The notes beneath the pieces were generated by a model, which saw nothing but the letters and a program-made list of their open reading frames with translations, did not search any database and was not told the DNA's origin. Of a stretch of 64,000 bases of DNA, positions 19,521-30,113 are shown piece by piece; within the stretch, counting starts at the first letter, position 1; each line of letters starts with the position of its first letter. The stretch is from positions 96,001 to 160,000 of the forward strand of contig CAWFGE010000006.1 in NCBI GenBank assembly GCA_963815195.1. The letters run 5' to 3'. The position numbers were made by a program, and so were the translations under genes. Origin of the DNA: an uncultured Planctomycetaceae bacterium (GTDB taxonomy: Bacteria; Planctomycetota; Planctomycetia; Planctomycetales; Planctomycetaceae).

Positions 19521-19535
19521 TCCGGCCTTTCCGAT

Positions 19536-20800
19536 TCATCCTACGGGATACGGCTTCGCCAATCGGTGCTTGGGATGTTTCTCCAGCCACGCGGCGAGGC
19601 GGTCGGTCCGCGAGATGGCGACGGGCAGAAAATCGAGGGCTGCTTGCAATCTTTCGTTCGGCTCGGCACAACTGAACCGCAAGAAGCCTTGCCCCGCCTC
19701 CCCGAAGCATTCGCCGCCCAGGCACGCCACGCCGAAGTTGTCGTCCGCCCCTTCGAGCAGATAGAGCGCGAACCCGTGGCTGGTCACGCCCAGCTTGTTG
19801 CAGACCGGGGCGATGTTGGGGAACACATAAAACGTGGAGGTCGGATCGATCGTCTGAAAGCCCTCGATCTTGTTGAGACCGGTGGTGAGGAGTTCCACTT
19901 TCTCGCGAAACTTCTGCATGGTGGCGTCGCGTTCGGCGGAATCGTTTTCGAGGGCCGCCGCCCCCGCGAGTTGCACGAGCGCCGGCGTGCAGGAGAGCGT
20001 GGTGTTGATCATCTTGCCGATCATCTCGGTGATGGCGGGCGAAGACACCGCAAACCCCAGCCGCCAGCCGCTCATACTGTAGGACTTGCTGAAGGTGTAC
20101 GCGGCGACGCATTGCTCCATCATGCCGGGCTGTGCGAGCAGCGAATGATGCTGGCCCCGCCAGACCATGTGGCAATACGGTTCATCGCTGAAGACGGCGA
20201 CGTTCTTGCCGCGAATCAAATTCGCAAGTTCGATGAGATCTTCCAGCGTGGCCACGCCGCCGGTGGGGTTGTGCGGGGAATTCAAGAAGATCGCCTTGGG
20301 GGCCGGGTCTTCCTTCAAGAACTTTTCGACGGCCTCGAGGTTCGGCCGAAACGCGCGGGATTGCTCGAGGGACGAGAACACCGCCCGCGCACCCGGCGTT
20401 CGATGTTGGGCACATACGTGGGGAAGTGCGGGCTGAACACCAAGACGCCGTCGCCTGGGTTTAAGAAGGCTTCGCAGAAGAACTGCTCGAAGATCTTCGC
20501 CCCCGGCCCGACGACGATGTTCTCTTTTTGGGCGGGGATATTGAACTCGCGGGACACGAACTTCGCCGCCGCCTCGCGGAAGATTGGCAAACCGGGCGAC
20601 GGACAGTAATGCGATTGGTTTTCCTCGATGGCTTTGGTGCCGGTGGCTTTCGCGGAGGCCGTGCTGTTAAACGGGCTGTCGCCGATCTCGAGTTCCACGA
20701 CGTCTTTGCCCAAGGCTTTGAGGGCCTTGGCCGCCGCGAGCACGGTAAACGCGGTTTCCACCGTCAACGATTTTGCAAATTCACTCAACTCGGCCGTCAC
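19536..20800 (-). CDS. PLP-dependent class I/II (aspartate-type) aminotransferase, frameshift near 20392
   Basis: VVELEIGDSPF, HYCPSPGL, GPGAK in ORF 20315..21031; LNSPHNPTGG, SDEPY, TFSKSYSMSGWRLG in ORF 19536..20381. Confidence 0.88.
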
Positions 20801-21013
20801 GGGATTGTCCTCATGGGTTGTATTTTTCAAGATGCCGAAAACCGAAGCACAGTATGGGACTGGACCCGCGAAGAAACAAGGGTGCTCGGTGTCCCCTCCC
20901 CTTGGGCGAGGGGGTTTAAGGTGAGAGGGGCGAATGCTTTGTCCGTTGCCCGGTCGCCGATTTGTCCGAACGGAAGTCGCCTTGGTCTTGTCAGCCGGTC
21001 GCGTGGTGCGGTA

Positions 21014-21030
21014 TTTATAAAATCTTAACA
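21014..21030 (+). promoter_or_regulatory. Candidate Pho-box-like direct repeat
   Basis: TTTATA-N5-TTAACA (11-bp period) about 150 bp upstream of phoU-phoB. Confidence 0.3.
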
Positions 21031-21182
21031 AAGATCCCCCTCGTCTCTTGATATTTCCCCACTACAGTTTGTCAAGGAATCCGGCAGAGAGGTTCCGCCC
21101 CGTGGTTTCGTGCAGATTCTCGACCACGGAATGAAACTGGCGTGTTGGGAAGCGGACAAGACATGCGAAAAGGAGCCTTCCC

Positions 21183-21899
21183 ATGACGATCCATCTCATC
21201 CGCGACCTGGAATCATTGCACCGCGATGTGCTTTCCATGTGCACGAACGTTGAGGAAATTATTCATAAAGCCGTGGACGAGTTGGGGCAGACGGATCACC
21301 GGTTGGCCGAGGAACTCCGCCGGCAGGACGACGAGATCGACCGCTGGGACGTGAAGATTGAGGAAGAGTGCCTGAAGCTGCTCGCGCTCCATCAGCCGGT
21401 GGCCGTGGATTTGCGGCGGATTGCCGCGGTCCTCAAGATCACGGGGGAATTGGAGCGGGTGGCTGACCTGGGCGTGCACATTGCGGAGCGGGCCGAGGCC
21501 CTCGTCGATTCTCCGGGCCTGCACGTTCCCGATCGGCTCAAGCAAATGGCCCAAGTCGCCTTGGACATGCTGCACCGCTCGATCGATGCCTATGTCCAAC
21601 TCGACAGCAAAGTCGCCCGCAACGTCATCAAGGAGGACGATCTCGTCGATGAGATGAATCGGGAGATCATTAACGAACTCGTGGAGACTATGAAACGCTT
21701 CCCGGAGTTGATCGATCCGGCGATGCACCTGTTCTCGGCGTCCCGGCACATCGAACGCATCGCCGACCATGCGACCAACATCGCGGAGGATGTGGTTTAT
21801 CTGGTTGAGGGAGCGATTATTCGTCATGGAATCGATTCCACGGACTTGATGAACCTGCCGGCGCCCGAAAACGGCCGAAACGCGGAATCGGAGCCGTGA
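21183..21899 (+). CDS. phoU: Phosphate signalling protein PhoU
   Basis: LALHQPVAVDLRRI, ELERVADLG, HIERIADHATNIAEDVVYLVEG. Confidence 0.95.
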   Translation: MTIHLIRDLESLHRDVLSMCTNVEEIIHKAVDELGQTDHRLAEELRRQDDEIDRWDVKIEEECLKLLALHQPVAVDLRRIAAVLKITGELERVADLGVHIAERAEALVDSPGLHVPDRLKQMAQVALDMLHRSIDAYVQLDSKVARNVIKEDDLVDEMNREIINELVETMKRFPELIDPAMHLFSASRHIERIADHATNIAEDVVYLVEGAIIRHGIDSTDLMNLPAPENGRNAESEP

Positions 21900-21925
21900 C
21901 CTGTGCACCAACGTGAAGACAACCG

Positions 21926-22631
21926 ATGAGCAAACAGAAGATTCTGGTGATTGAAGACGAGCGGGCGCTGGTCGAGGTGTTGACGTACAACCTCACCAAC
22001 GAGGGGTTTGAAGTCCTGAGTGCGACGGACGGGCAGGACGGCCTCCGCCGAGCGCAGGCGCGAGCTTCCCGATCTGATCATCCTGGACTTGATGCTGCCG
22101 GTGATCGACGGCCTCCAAGTCTGCCGGCAGCTGCGGAGCGATCCCCGCACCCAGGATTTGCGGATTTTGATGCTCACCGCCCGCAGCGAGGAAATCGACG
22201 AAATCGTCGGCTTCAACATGGGGGCCGACGATTACGTCACCAAGCCGTTCAAGATCAAGCCGTTGATCCACCGCATCAAAGCCCTGCTCCGGCGGACGGT
22301 GCCCGACCAGGCCCATGCCGACCGCGTGGCACTGCAAGGCGTGGAAATCGACCGGCTGAACCATCAGGTGAAAGTCGAGGGCGGAGAGTTGATGCTCACG
22401 CCCACCGAGTTTCGCCTGTTGTGGGTTTTGGCCCGGCAACCGGGGCGGCCGTTTTCCCGGCACGAATTGATGGACAGCAGCCGGGGCGAAGACGCGAACG
22501 CCCTCGAACGCACGATCGATGTCCACATCCGCTCGCTCCGGCAGAAGCTGGGCGAGCACGCGGATCTCATCGAAACGGTGCGCGGCGTGGGTTATCGCTT
22601 CCGGCCTGAAGCCGCCGGCGCTTCGGAATAG
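21926..22631 (+). CDS. phoB: OmpR/PhoB family response regulator, frameshift near 22060
   Basis: KILVIEDE, then PDLIILDLMLP, GADDYVTKPF, LTPTEFRLL, ERTIDVHIRSLRQKL, ETVRGVGYRF; follows phoU. Confidence 0.85.
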
Positions 22632-22650
22632 CCGATTCCCAGCCGGAAAA

Positions 22651-22739
22651 GGGTGCCACTGGCAACTTGTTGCCAGTGTTCTCGCAATTCGATGGCTCAC
22701 GAGATCAAAGCACTGGCAGACAAGCTGCCAGTGGCACCC
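22651..22739. repeat. REP doublet, family A (GGGTGCCACTGGC...)
   Basis: gggtgccactggcaacttgttgccagtg (22651-22678) and inverted arm 22711-22739; each arm is itself a hairpin. Confidence 0.9.
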
Positions 22740-23326
22740 AAAATCGCGATCGTCTCAGAAAACACCGATTTTTCGTTTGAAAAATCGCGAAAGGCGAGCT
22801 ATGGTTTTGCGATTCGCCGGATTGGGCCAAAATCCGTATCGCCTGCCTTGCTTGCCCTCCTGCTTCACATCCGGGCTTTGATGCCTGCCGCGCGGATGAA
22901 TCCGACCCATTATTTCCCGCCGCAAAAGAGTCGCACCGAGAATGGAAAGAATCCGCGCCAAAGCGGAGCAAGGGGCTATTCCGCAAAGCGAATGATTTCC
23001 AGATGTTGGATCGATGGCCGGCTCGTCCGCGAGGATTCCCACAGGGGGGAATACTCCAAAACGTGGACGGGGCTATAATTCCCATCAGGCGGCACCGATT
23101 TTGCGTAATTCAAATCAACTTCCAAGCCGTTGGGTTTTTGGAATGGATGTGTACGAAGAAGGAGTTGCCGATTTTCAGGAAATCCCCGAAAAACCCGAGT
23201 TAGCGTCCTTGAGCGAAGTCAAACGGACCGTGCAAAAACTCGCGCGAGACGTCGGCCGAATGGCAGACCGAACCGTGCAGAAATAGGATTCTTTCGAACC
23301 CCCTCTCGAAGCGGAGATCCGCATAA

Positions 23327-24604
23327 ATGTCGAACCTTGATATTCCACCCAGTTCCAAACCGAACTCGCGAATCGCGGCGGGAATGGATTTCCTGTTTGA
23401 AAACTCGTTGTTTCTCATCTCGGGTGCCGCTTTGGCGTTGATTTGGGCCAATGTGAACGAAGGCAGCTACCAGGCCTGGGTCCATATGGCGATTTTCGGC
23501 GGCGGACCCGGGGCTCACGGCGTTGAGCATGCCATCACCTGGCACTTTTTGGTGAACGACGTTTTGATGGCGCTGTTCTTCGCGATTGCCGCGAAGGAAG
23601 TTTGGGAATCGTTTCTGCCGGGCGGGGCGTTGTCGAACATCCGCACCGCCGCGACGCCGCTGTTGGCGACTCTGGGCGGCGTGGCGATGCCCGCGCTCCT
23701 GTATTTGATCGGGGCGGGCCTCACCGGGCGGATGGACACCCTCGGCCGCGGCTGGGCGGTCCCCTGTGCGACCGACATCGCCTTTAGCTACCTCGTCGCG
23801 CGATTGATCTTCGGCAAGGGGCACCCGGCGATTTCGTTTCTGCTCTTGTTGGCGATCGCCGACGATGCGGCCGGGCTGATTATCCTCGCCATCGCCTATC
23901 CGCAGGAGGCCCTCCAGCCGCAGTGGTTCCTGTTGACCGCGGCGGCGATCGGGTTGGGCCTGACCATGCGAAAGTACCGCGTGCGGAGCTTTTGGTGGTA
24001 TCTCTTGGTCCCCGGCGTGATGTCCTGGTTCTCGTTTTACATGGCCGGCATTCACGCCGCGTTGGGGTTGGCTCCGATCATCCCCACGCTGCCTCACGCC
24101 AAGACCGACTTGGGTCTCTTCAGCGAAGAAGAAGACACCCGGCACGATACGCTCAGCGAATTCGAGCACTGGTGGAAGAACCCTGTCGAACTCATCCTGG
24201 GCCTGTTCGGGCTGGTGAATGCGGGCGTGGCGTTCTCGAACGTGGGCACGGGCACCTGGCTGGTGCTGACGGGGCTCCTCGTCGGCAAACCGCTGGGCAT
24301 TACGCTGTTTACCTTCCTCGGCCAGAAGCTCCTCAAGCTCAATATGCCGGCGGGCATGAACTATCGGCACATCATCACTCTGGGCACCGTCGCCGGGATC
24401 GGATTCACGGTGGCCCTGTTCGTGAGCACCGCCGCCTTCGAGCAGCCGGGCCCGGTGCAGGATTCGATCAAGATGGGGGCCCTGGGCAGCTTCTTCGCCG
24501 CCGTGCTGGCGATCGGCGTGAGCCGATTGCTCAAAGTCAAACCCGTCACCGCACCCGTGGAAACCGAGCAGAAAGAACAGTCCCCCGAACTGGCGACGGT
24601 TTAG
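23327..24604 (+). CDS. nhaA: Na+/H+ antiporter NhaA
   Basis: NDVLMALFF, GWAVPCATDIAF, LLLAIADDA, GKPLGI, AGIGFTVALF. Confidence 0.95.
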   Translation: MSNLDIPPSSKPNSRIAAGMDFLFENSLFLISGAALALIWANVNEGSYQAWVHMAIFGGGPGAHGVEHAITWHFLVNDVLMALFFAIAAKEVWESFLPGGALSNIRTAATPLLATLGGVAMPALLYLIGAGLTGRMDTLGRGWAVPCATDIAFSYLVARLIFGKGHPAISFLLLLAIADDAAGLIILAIAYPQEALQPQWFLLTAAAIGLGLTMRKYRVRSFWWYLLVPGVMSWFSFYMAGIHAALGLAPIIPTLPHAKTDLGLFSEEEDTRHDTLSEFEHWWKNPVELILGLFGLVNAGVAFSNVGTGTWLVLTGLLVGKPLGITLFTFLGQKLLKLNMPAGMNYRHIITLGTVAGIGFTVALFVSTAAFEQPGPVQDSIKMGALGSFFAAVLAIGVSRLLKVKPVTAPVETEQKEQSPELATV

Positions 24605-24614
24605 ACCCCATGCT

Positions 24615-25271
24615 TCAGGCGATCCGAATCGCAAGCCCACGGCATCTCCGTTTTGCCCCCCTTGGCTTGCGAATTCGATAGATTTCGTGTGATTGTGGTG
24701 CAACCGTTCCGGCCGCATTATCAGACGAGACGCCTGCACCAAAAGGATTTAGAGCCGGGCCTTCGGTCCTTAGCACTCTCGGTTCGGCTGCGTCAGGTTG
24801 CATCGGGGCGCCGGATGAGGCTTGGCGGAGCATTCGCTCAAAGCGCTTCAGGTATTCCATGGAACGCATTTCCGGGCAGTTCAGAACGGCTGACTGAAAT
24901 TCATCGGGTGGCCGATATTGGTGCGAGTCGACGTAGTGTATGACGAGGGACGGTGCGACAAGGATTCGACCTTCCGATGGCACATAGACGTTGTCGCGGC
25001 CGAGTAGCACTGAATCATTGGTTTCCTTCATGCCGAACGTCCTGGGACCCCCGCTGAACTTGCAGAAGGGGCACGAATGAAACCCCATGGCAACGGCCGG
25101 TTGCCAAGGATTTCGGAGCAGCTTAAAGAGGGCCACCACAAAATCGAAACCCACTTTGCCGCGATCGAAATCTTCGGAGTCAGTAAGCCATCCCACTGGA
25201 ACAATGCGATCGTCATCCGGCCACGGGTACTTAAAATCTGGCGTATCCACGGAGCCAACTCCGAAGTCCAT
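24615..25271 (-). CDS. Hypothetical protein, AT-richer
   Basis: 218-aa ORF with VGWL, GFHSCPFC, APSLVIHYV..HQYRPPDEF; ATG overlaps the upstream TGA. Confidence 0.65.
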   Translation of the reverse strand: MDFGVGSVDTPDFKYPWPDDDRIVPVGWLTDSEDFDRGKVGFDFVVALFKLLRNPWQPAVAMGFHSCPFCKFSGGPRTFGMKETNDSVLLGRDNVYVPSEGRILVAPSLVIHYVDSHQYRPPDEFQSAVLNCPEMRSMEYLKRFERMLRQASSGAPMQPDAAEPRVLRTEGPALNPFGAGVSSDNAAGTVAPQSHEIYRIRKPRGAKRRCRGLAIRIA

Positions 25272-26371
25272 CAGGGTTCCAGCACGCAGGCGAACTCTTG
25301 CAGTTGGGCCGTGAGCACGGGCTGCGGGCAGGACCAGACGAGGAAGAACATCGCTTCGCGGACCAACCGCGAGGCCGGATGATGGGCAAGGAAGCCGGCC
25401 CCCTTGGTCGCCGCGAGGTAAGCCTGCGTCATGCGGAGCACCAGCGAGTTCGCCCGCCGGCGGATGGACTCGGCGGAAAGGCTGGGATTCTCCCCCGGGC
25501 CTTCGAGCGCAGCGATCAAATCGTCTTCAAGCGATTGCCATTCCTCGGCGAACGGGCGGTGAATGTCCCACAGGTCCGGGCGTTTGTCGGCCTCGACGGC
25601 CAGGCGGTTGAGGGCCGACGCGGAATGGCCGATCGCCAAAGCAGACGTCGTGAGCGAACCCGCCCCGCCGCCGGTGCCTCGCTTCATCACGTCTTCGACG
25701 GGGCCGGCGATGATGTGGTCCCGGGGAACGAGCACCCGGTTCAATCGGACCGAACCGGTTTGCGACGCATTGAGGGCCAACAGCTCCGGCGGAGGCAGAA
25801 TCTCCACGCCCGCCGTGTTTGTCGGCAAAGCGACCAGAAGCTGCCTGCGGTCGCCCGAGGTGCCGCCGGTGACAATGTAATCCGCCGCGTTCGCGCCGGT
25901 GACCCAGGGCACCGTGCCCTCGAAGATCCAGCCGTCCGCGGTTTCCTCGGCCGAGACCGCGGGCTGTTTCAAATGCTGCCGGGACGTGGTGAGATGCGAA
26001 ATCCCGACCGTGGTAAATAATTCCCCCCGGCAGAACGCGGGCAGCAAGCGGGCTTTGAGATCTTCGTTCTCGCTGCCCGCGAGCCGCTGGCAGGCCCCGT
26101 TTCGCTGGGTGAGAATGAAGGCGGTCGTCAGGCAGGCTTCGGTGAGCCGGAGGTAACCCCGCGTGAGGCTTTCGGTCGAGACGTCCCGCCCGCCGAACTC
26201 TTCGGGAATCACCCAGCCCAGCACGCCCGCGTGGGCGAGTTCGCGGAATTGCTCCGCGGGCCAGGCATCGGTGCGGTCCGGGAGTTCGTTCGCCAACTCC
26301 GCCAGGCGATCGCAGAGGGCTTTCAGCTCGGGAAATTCGTGATTCAAAGAATCCGTCTCGCGGTCCGTCAT
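25271..26371 (-). CDS. Acyl-CoA dehydrogenase family protein
   Basis: IPEEFGG, CLTTAF, GISHL, GTVPWVTG, HPASRLVREAMFFLVWS. Confidence 0.88.
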   Translation of the reverse strand: MTDRETDSLNHEFPELKALCDRLAELANELPDRTDAWPAEQFRELAHAGVLGWVIPEEFGGRDVSTESLTRGYLRLTEACLTTAFILTQRNGACQRLAGSENEDLKARLLPAFCRGELFTTVGISHLTTSRQHLKQPAVSAEETADGWIFEGTVPWVTGANAADYIVTGGTSGDRRQLLVALPTNTAGVEILPPPELLALNASQTGSVRLNRVLVPRDHIIAGPVEDVMKRGTGGGAGSLTTSALAIGHSASALNRLAVEADKRPDLWDIHRPFAEEWQSLEDDLIAALEGPGENPSLSAESIRRRANSLVLRMTQAYLAATKGAGFLAHHPASRLVREAMFFLVWSCPQPVLTAQLQEFACVLEP

Positions 26372-26819
26372 TGGGGCAACTTCGATTGAGGAATCTGAAA
26401 ACGTTTTACCACGGAGCCACCGAGGTCCCAGAGAAAGACAGAGAAAAGCAAGAGAGAAAGCACGTGCCGGCTCTACAAGAGTTTATCGTGTCTCGCCCCT
26501 CCGTGGTATTCTCCGCGCCCTCCGCATCTCCGTAGTGACACCTCTTTTTCGTTGTAGTCGAAATAACATTCAACGGAACTCGCTTACCATTTGAGTTATT
26601 CCCATTTTTCCTGAAACCGTGGCGAAAAGGCAACGGATTTGCAGAAAACCGGCGGAGGGGCGGATTCTCCTCGCGAGTGTTAAACAGAATTATCAATCCC
26701 GAGAAACTTTGTTAACCGCCGTTCCAATTTGGCACAGTTCCGGCCAATCGGCAATTTCCGACGAATCCGCATCTCTGATCCGACGCCTCTCACTCCTTTC
26801 CCATGCCGACTGAGCCCTG

Positions 26820-27245
26820 ATGATGACGCCTCCACCGATTTGGCTCGCCGAGACCGCAAACCGGGTTGCGGCCCAGTTTCATTGTGCCGAGGTGCTGGCT
26901 CCCGTGGGCTGCCATTACTTCCGCGATAAAGGCCGCGACGTTTGGGAAGTGACCGTGTTTGTGTCCGGCACGGAAACGCTCGGCGGCGAGCACGACGGCA
27001 AGCGGACGTGTTCGCGGTTCTCGGTCAACCTGGCCGGTGTGCATGCCCTCTTTTCCGAAATCCACGAGTTCTCCTGGCAAGCTGTCTCGATGGGCGAAGC
27101 CGACGACCTCGGCCCGCACCTTTCGATCGAAGGTGTCATCGGCGGGCATACCGTGTGGCTGCGGATCACGGCCCATCCGCCCGAACCGTTTGAGCCGGGC
27201 CGGATTGCCGACGTTTGCGACCGCCGCTTCCACGACCTGTGGTAG
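26820..27245 (+). CDS. Conserved hypothetical protein
   Basis: 141-aa ORF with genome-typical codon usage (WEVTVF, GPHLSIEG motifs). Confidence 0.7.
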   Translation: MMTPPPIWLAETANRVAAQFHCAEVLAPVGCHYFRDKGRDVWEVTVFVSGTETLGGEHDGKRTCSRFSVNLAGVHALFSEIHEFSWQAVSMGEADDLGPHLSIEGVIGGHTVWLRITAHPPEPFEPGRIADVCDRRFHDLW

Positions 27246-27544
27246 CGGACCCCACGATCGGGGAGGTTCATCATGGGGCCGACGCCCGGGCCGACGCCCC
27301 ACGCTCGCCCGCAGGCCTCAGAATCCCTAGAGCCGTCACAGCTTGACAATTCTATTTCGGAAAAGTTTCCGGGGCTGAGGAATTCCCCTCAAGTTTCCCG
27401 CCTCGGTTCTCCTGAATGAGCTAGGGTTGAATAACGGTTTGGCGAATACTGATGAGTCGAACCCAGCGCACGGTGGGGTGCAATGGTCAGGCTTTTGAGG
27501 TTTCGCCATCTTTTACACGCCACTTTTGAGAGAGGGCAAACAAG

Positions 27545-27718
27545 ATGAAAAATTTCACAAACAGTATCAAACGGTTCCTGGTGTCCGAAGACGGCCCGAC
27601 CGCGGTGGAATACGCCGTGATGCTCGCGCTGATCGTCATCGTGTGCTTGACCGCGATTCAAGCCGTCGGCACCAACGCCAACACGAAGTTTGAATCGGTC
27701 CGCGACGCCCTCACCTAA
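27545..27718 (+). CDS. flp: Flp family type IVb pilin (not in the ORF track)
   Basis: MKNFTNSIKRFLVSEDG/PTAVEYAVMLALIVIVCLTAIQAVGTNANTKFESVRDALT: G/xTAVEY processing motif plus hydrophobic helix. Confidence 0.93.
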   Translation: MKNFTNSIKRFLVSEDGPTAVEYAVMLALIVIVCLTAIQAVGTNANTKFESVRDALT

Positions 27719-27777
27719 GCGTCCGCGCGGCCGGCAGCGGCGGGCTTTTTCGCGCCGCGGCCCAACGCATTCTTCCG

Positions 27778-27817
27778 CACGTGCCGGGATTCTTTTCCCG
27801 GCACGTGTTTTCTTTTT
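27778..27817 (+). terminator. Rho-independent terminator after flp
   Basis: cacgtgccggga/tcccggcacgtg stem followed by ttttcttttt. Confidence 0.75.
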
Positions 27818-27834
27818 GCAGAGTCTGGAGATTT

Positions 27835-27911
27835 GGGTGGCACGCCCTGAGGAACGAAGGGCGTGGTCTTAACGGTCGCCACGCCCTTCGCTGCGCTCCG
27901 GGACGTCCCAC
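27835..27911. repeat. REP-doublet-like palindrome
   Basis: gtggcacgccctgaggaacgaagggcgtgg ... ccacgcccttcgctgcgctccgggacgtcccac. Confidence 0.6.
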
Positions 27912-28042
27912 GCGATGAGTTTTGCGTTGGATCGGAGTGACCAGGAGGCCGACGCCTCCCGCTCGCCTTGGCGTTTTTGGCAAGATCCGGCAGAATAGAC
28001 AGAAAGGCTCCGCGATTCGCTTCACCCCCAGGGAACGTCCGG

Positions 28043-29803
28043 ATGAAATCCACTTTTTGCCTGACCATTCTGTTGGCATGCTTTTTCGTTTCCATGCTCG
28101 CGGCGGAGCCGCCCGCTGACAAAGCCCTGCACGAGAAACCGCATTGGCGGGAACCGATCGCCTTGACCGCCGTGAAGGATCGGATCTATACGGCCAACCG
28201 CCGCAGCGGCACGGTCTCGGTTTTGGCGGCGGACAATCTCGAAGTCATCGCGGAAGCACCGGTCGGCCGGCGGCTGTCCGACTTGGCCGTGATGCACTCC
28301 GGCGAAACGCTCGTGGCGGTCGATGAGTCGTCCCATCAACTTATCGTCCTCAAACCGACGCCGAGCGGCGTCGCCGTTCAAAAACGAATCGCCGTGGACA
28401 AGACGCCGGTGAGGGTCGCGGTCGATGCCGGGGGAACGCGGTGCGCGGTTGCGTGCTTGTGGTCCCGCCGGGTGAATTTGTTTGGGTCGGATAAAGGCAC
28501 GAAGAAACTTTCGCGGCGGGCCGTGGTGGATCTGCCGTTCGCTCCGCGCAACATGCTTTGGCTGGAGGAACAAAACCGCTTGATCGCAGCGGACTCGTTC
28601 GGCGGGCGGCTGGCGGTGATCGATCCCGACGGCGGCCGCATCCTTTCGGTCAAAAAAATCGCTGGGCACAACATTCGCGGCCTGGCCTTGGGGGCCGGCG
28701 GCAAAGACCTGCTGGTCGCCCAGCAGGTGCTCGATGCTTCGAGCAAAACCATGCACACGCCCGTCTTCTGGGGCAACTTGATGCAAAACGTGCTGCGGTC
28801 TCAATCGCTGGAGGAATTGTTCGCCGCCGAGGAGAACCGGCAGACCGGCGATCTGTTTCGCACGGAACCATTGGGCCATCCCAGCAACGCGACGGGCGAT
28901 CCTTACGATGTCCGCGTGCTGCCCGGCGGGCAAACGGTGGTCTCGCTTTCCGGCGTCGGCGAAATCGCGATCCGGCCCTCCGACCTCAAACCCTTCGAGC
29001 GGTTCGACGCCCAGGCCCATTCCACCGCGATTCTGCCACATCCCGACGGCCGGCGGTTGTTGGTGGCGAACACCTTTGCGGATTCGATCACGATGTTCGA
29101 TCTCAAAAACTGGGGCATTGCGGGCCATATCTCTCTCGGTCCCACATCGCCACTCAGCCAGCGCGATCAGGGCAAGCGGTTATTTTACGATGCCCGACTC
29201 TCGCTCGATGGCTGGTATAGCTGCCACAGTTGCCATACCGATGGGCACACGACCGGGCAGCGAAACGATAACCTCAGCGATCTTTCGTTTGGAGCCCCCA
29301 AGCGGATCCTGCCGTTGGGCGGCGCCCGAGACACGGGACCGTGGGCCTGGAACGGGCAGTCGAAGGATCTCAAAAAGCAAATTCATTCCTCGATCCAGAA
29401 CACCATGCAAGGCAGTCAACGCACTGACGAGGAACTGGCTGCATTGGCGACTTACGTCCAAAGCCTGAAGCCCGCCCCGTCTTTGGATCGCATGCGAGGC
29501 ACGCTGGATGAAAAAGCCATGGCCCGCGGGCAGCGGATTTTTCATTCGCAAGGTTGTGCCGGCTGCCATCAGCCGCCGACTTACACCAGTTCGGAAGCGT
29601 ACAACGTGGGCCTGGCGGATGAACTCGGCGAACAGGAATTTAACCCGCCGTCACTCTTGGGCGTCAGCCAGCGAGATGAACTTTTCCACGACAGCCGGGC
29701 CAAGAGCCTCGAAGAGGTTTTGAAAACCTACCGCCACGGCGATGCCCACAAACTCACCCAAGATCAGCGGGCCGACCTGATGGCGTTTCTGCGGAGTTTA
29801 TAA
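28043..29803 (+). CDS. Secreted YVTN-type beta-propeller + di-heme cytochrome c (CcP/MauG-like) protein
   Basis: IYTANRRSGTVSV, LLVANTFADSI; LSLDGWYSCHSCH, TGPWAWNG, GCAGCH, FNPPSLLGV, LFHD. Confidence 0.85.
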   Translation: MKSTFCLTILLACFFVSMLAAEPPADKALHEKPHWREPIALTAVKDRIYTANRRSGTVSVLAADNLEVIAEAPVGRRLSDLAVMHSGETLVAVDESSHQLIVLKPTPSGVAVQKRIAVDKTPVRVAVDAGGTRCAVACLWSRRVNLFGSDKGTKKLSRRAVVDLPFAPRNMLWLEEQNRLIAADSFGGRLAVIDPDGGRILSVKKIAGHNIRGLALGAGGKDLLVAQQVLDASSKTMHTPVFWGNLMQNVLRSQSLEELFAAEENRQTGDLFRTEPLGHPSNATGDPYDVRVLPGGQTVVSLSGVGEIAIRPSDLKPFERFDAQAHSTAILPHPDGRRLLVANTFADSITMFDLKNWGIAGHISLGPTSPLSQRDQGKRLFYDARLSLDGWYSCHSCHTDGHTTGQRNDNLSDLSFGAPKRILPLGGARDTGPWAWNGQSKDLKKQIHSSIQNTMQGSQRTDEELAALATYVQSLKPAPSLDRMRGTLDEKAMARGQRIFHSQGCAGCHQPPTYTSSEAYNVGLADELGEQEFNPPSLLGVSQRDELFHDSRAKSLEEVLKTYRHGDAHKLTQDQRADLMAFLRSL

Positions 29804-30113
29804 CGAGGCGCCGCGGGCGAATTTCAGATTCTTCCGGATCATCAGGAGGGACGACGACGGTGTTAAAGAATATCTTGTCCGCGCTCTGTTACCTCCCTTT
29901 GGGGAGGTCGGACGCGGTAGCGGCCGGGTGGGGGGAACGTGTGATGCGAGCCGATTTTCGACTTGGCAAATGAACCGAAATCGCCGACGCCATGGGAATG
30001 GATCGGGCGATTGGGGACATGCTCCGGATTTCAGCGCAACTGCAGCCAAAACGTCACGCCGCCAACCTCGTTCTCCAGTCGTTTGTAATGCACCCCGCCA
30101 GAAGAGTTTCCGC

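Noticed and set aside
19536..22631. True pseudogenes or programmed frameshifts in the aminotransferase and phoB
   Set aside because: Single indels with no other decay and no slippery heptamers; a sequencing artefact is more parsimonious.
22740..23326. nhaA-associated riboswitch or upstream small ORFs
   Set aside because: No consensus I can recognise; only a weak accgtgca repeat, and the ORFs lack RBS or motif support.
27445..27500. Hammerhead ribozyme or c-di-GMP riboswitch in the flp leader
   Set aside because: CTGATGAG is not followed by a stem II-GAAA core, and the riboswitch consensus elements could not be placed.
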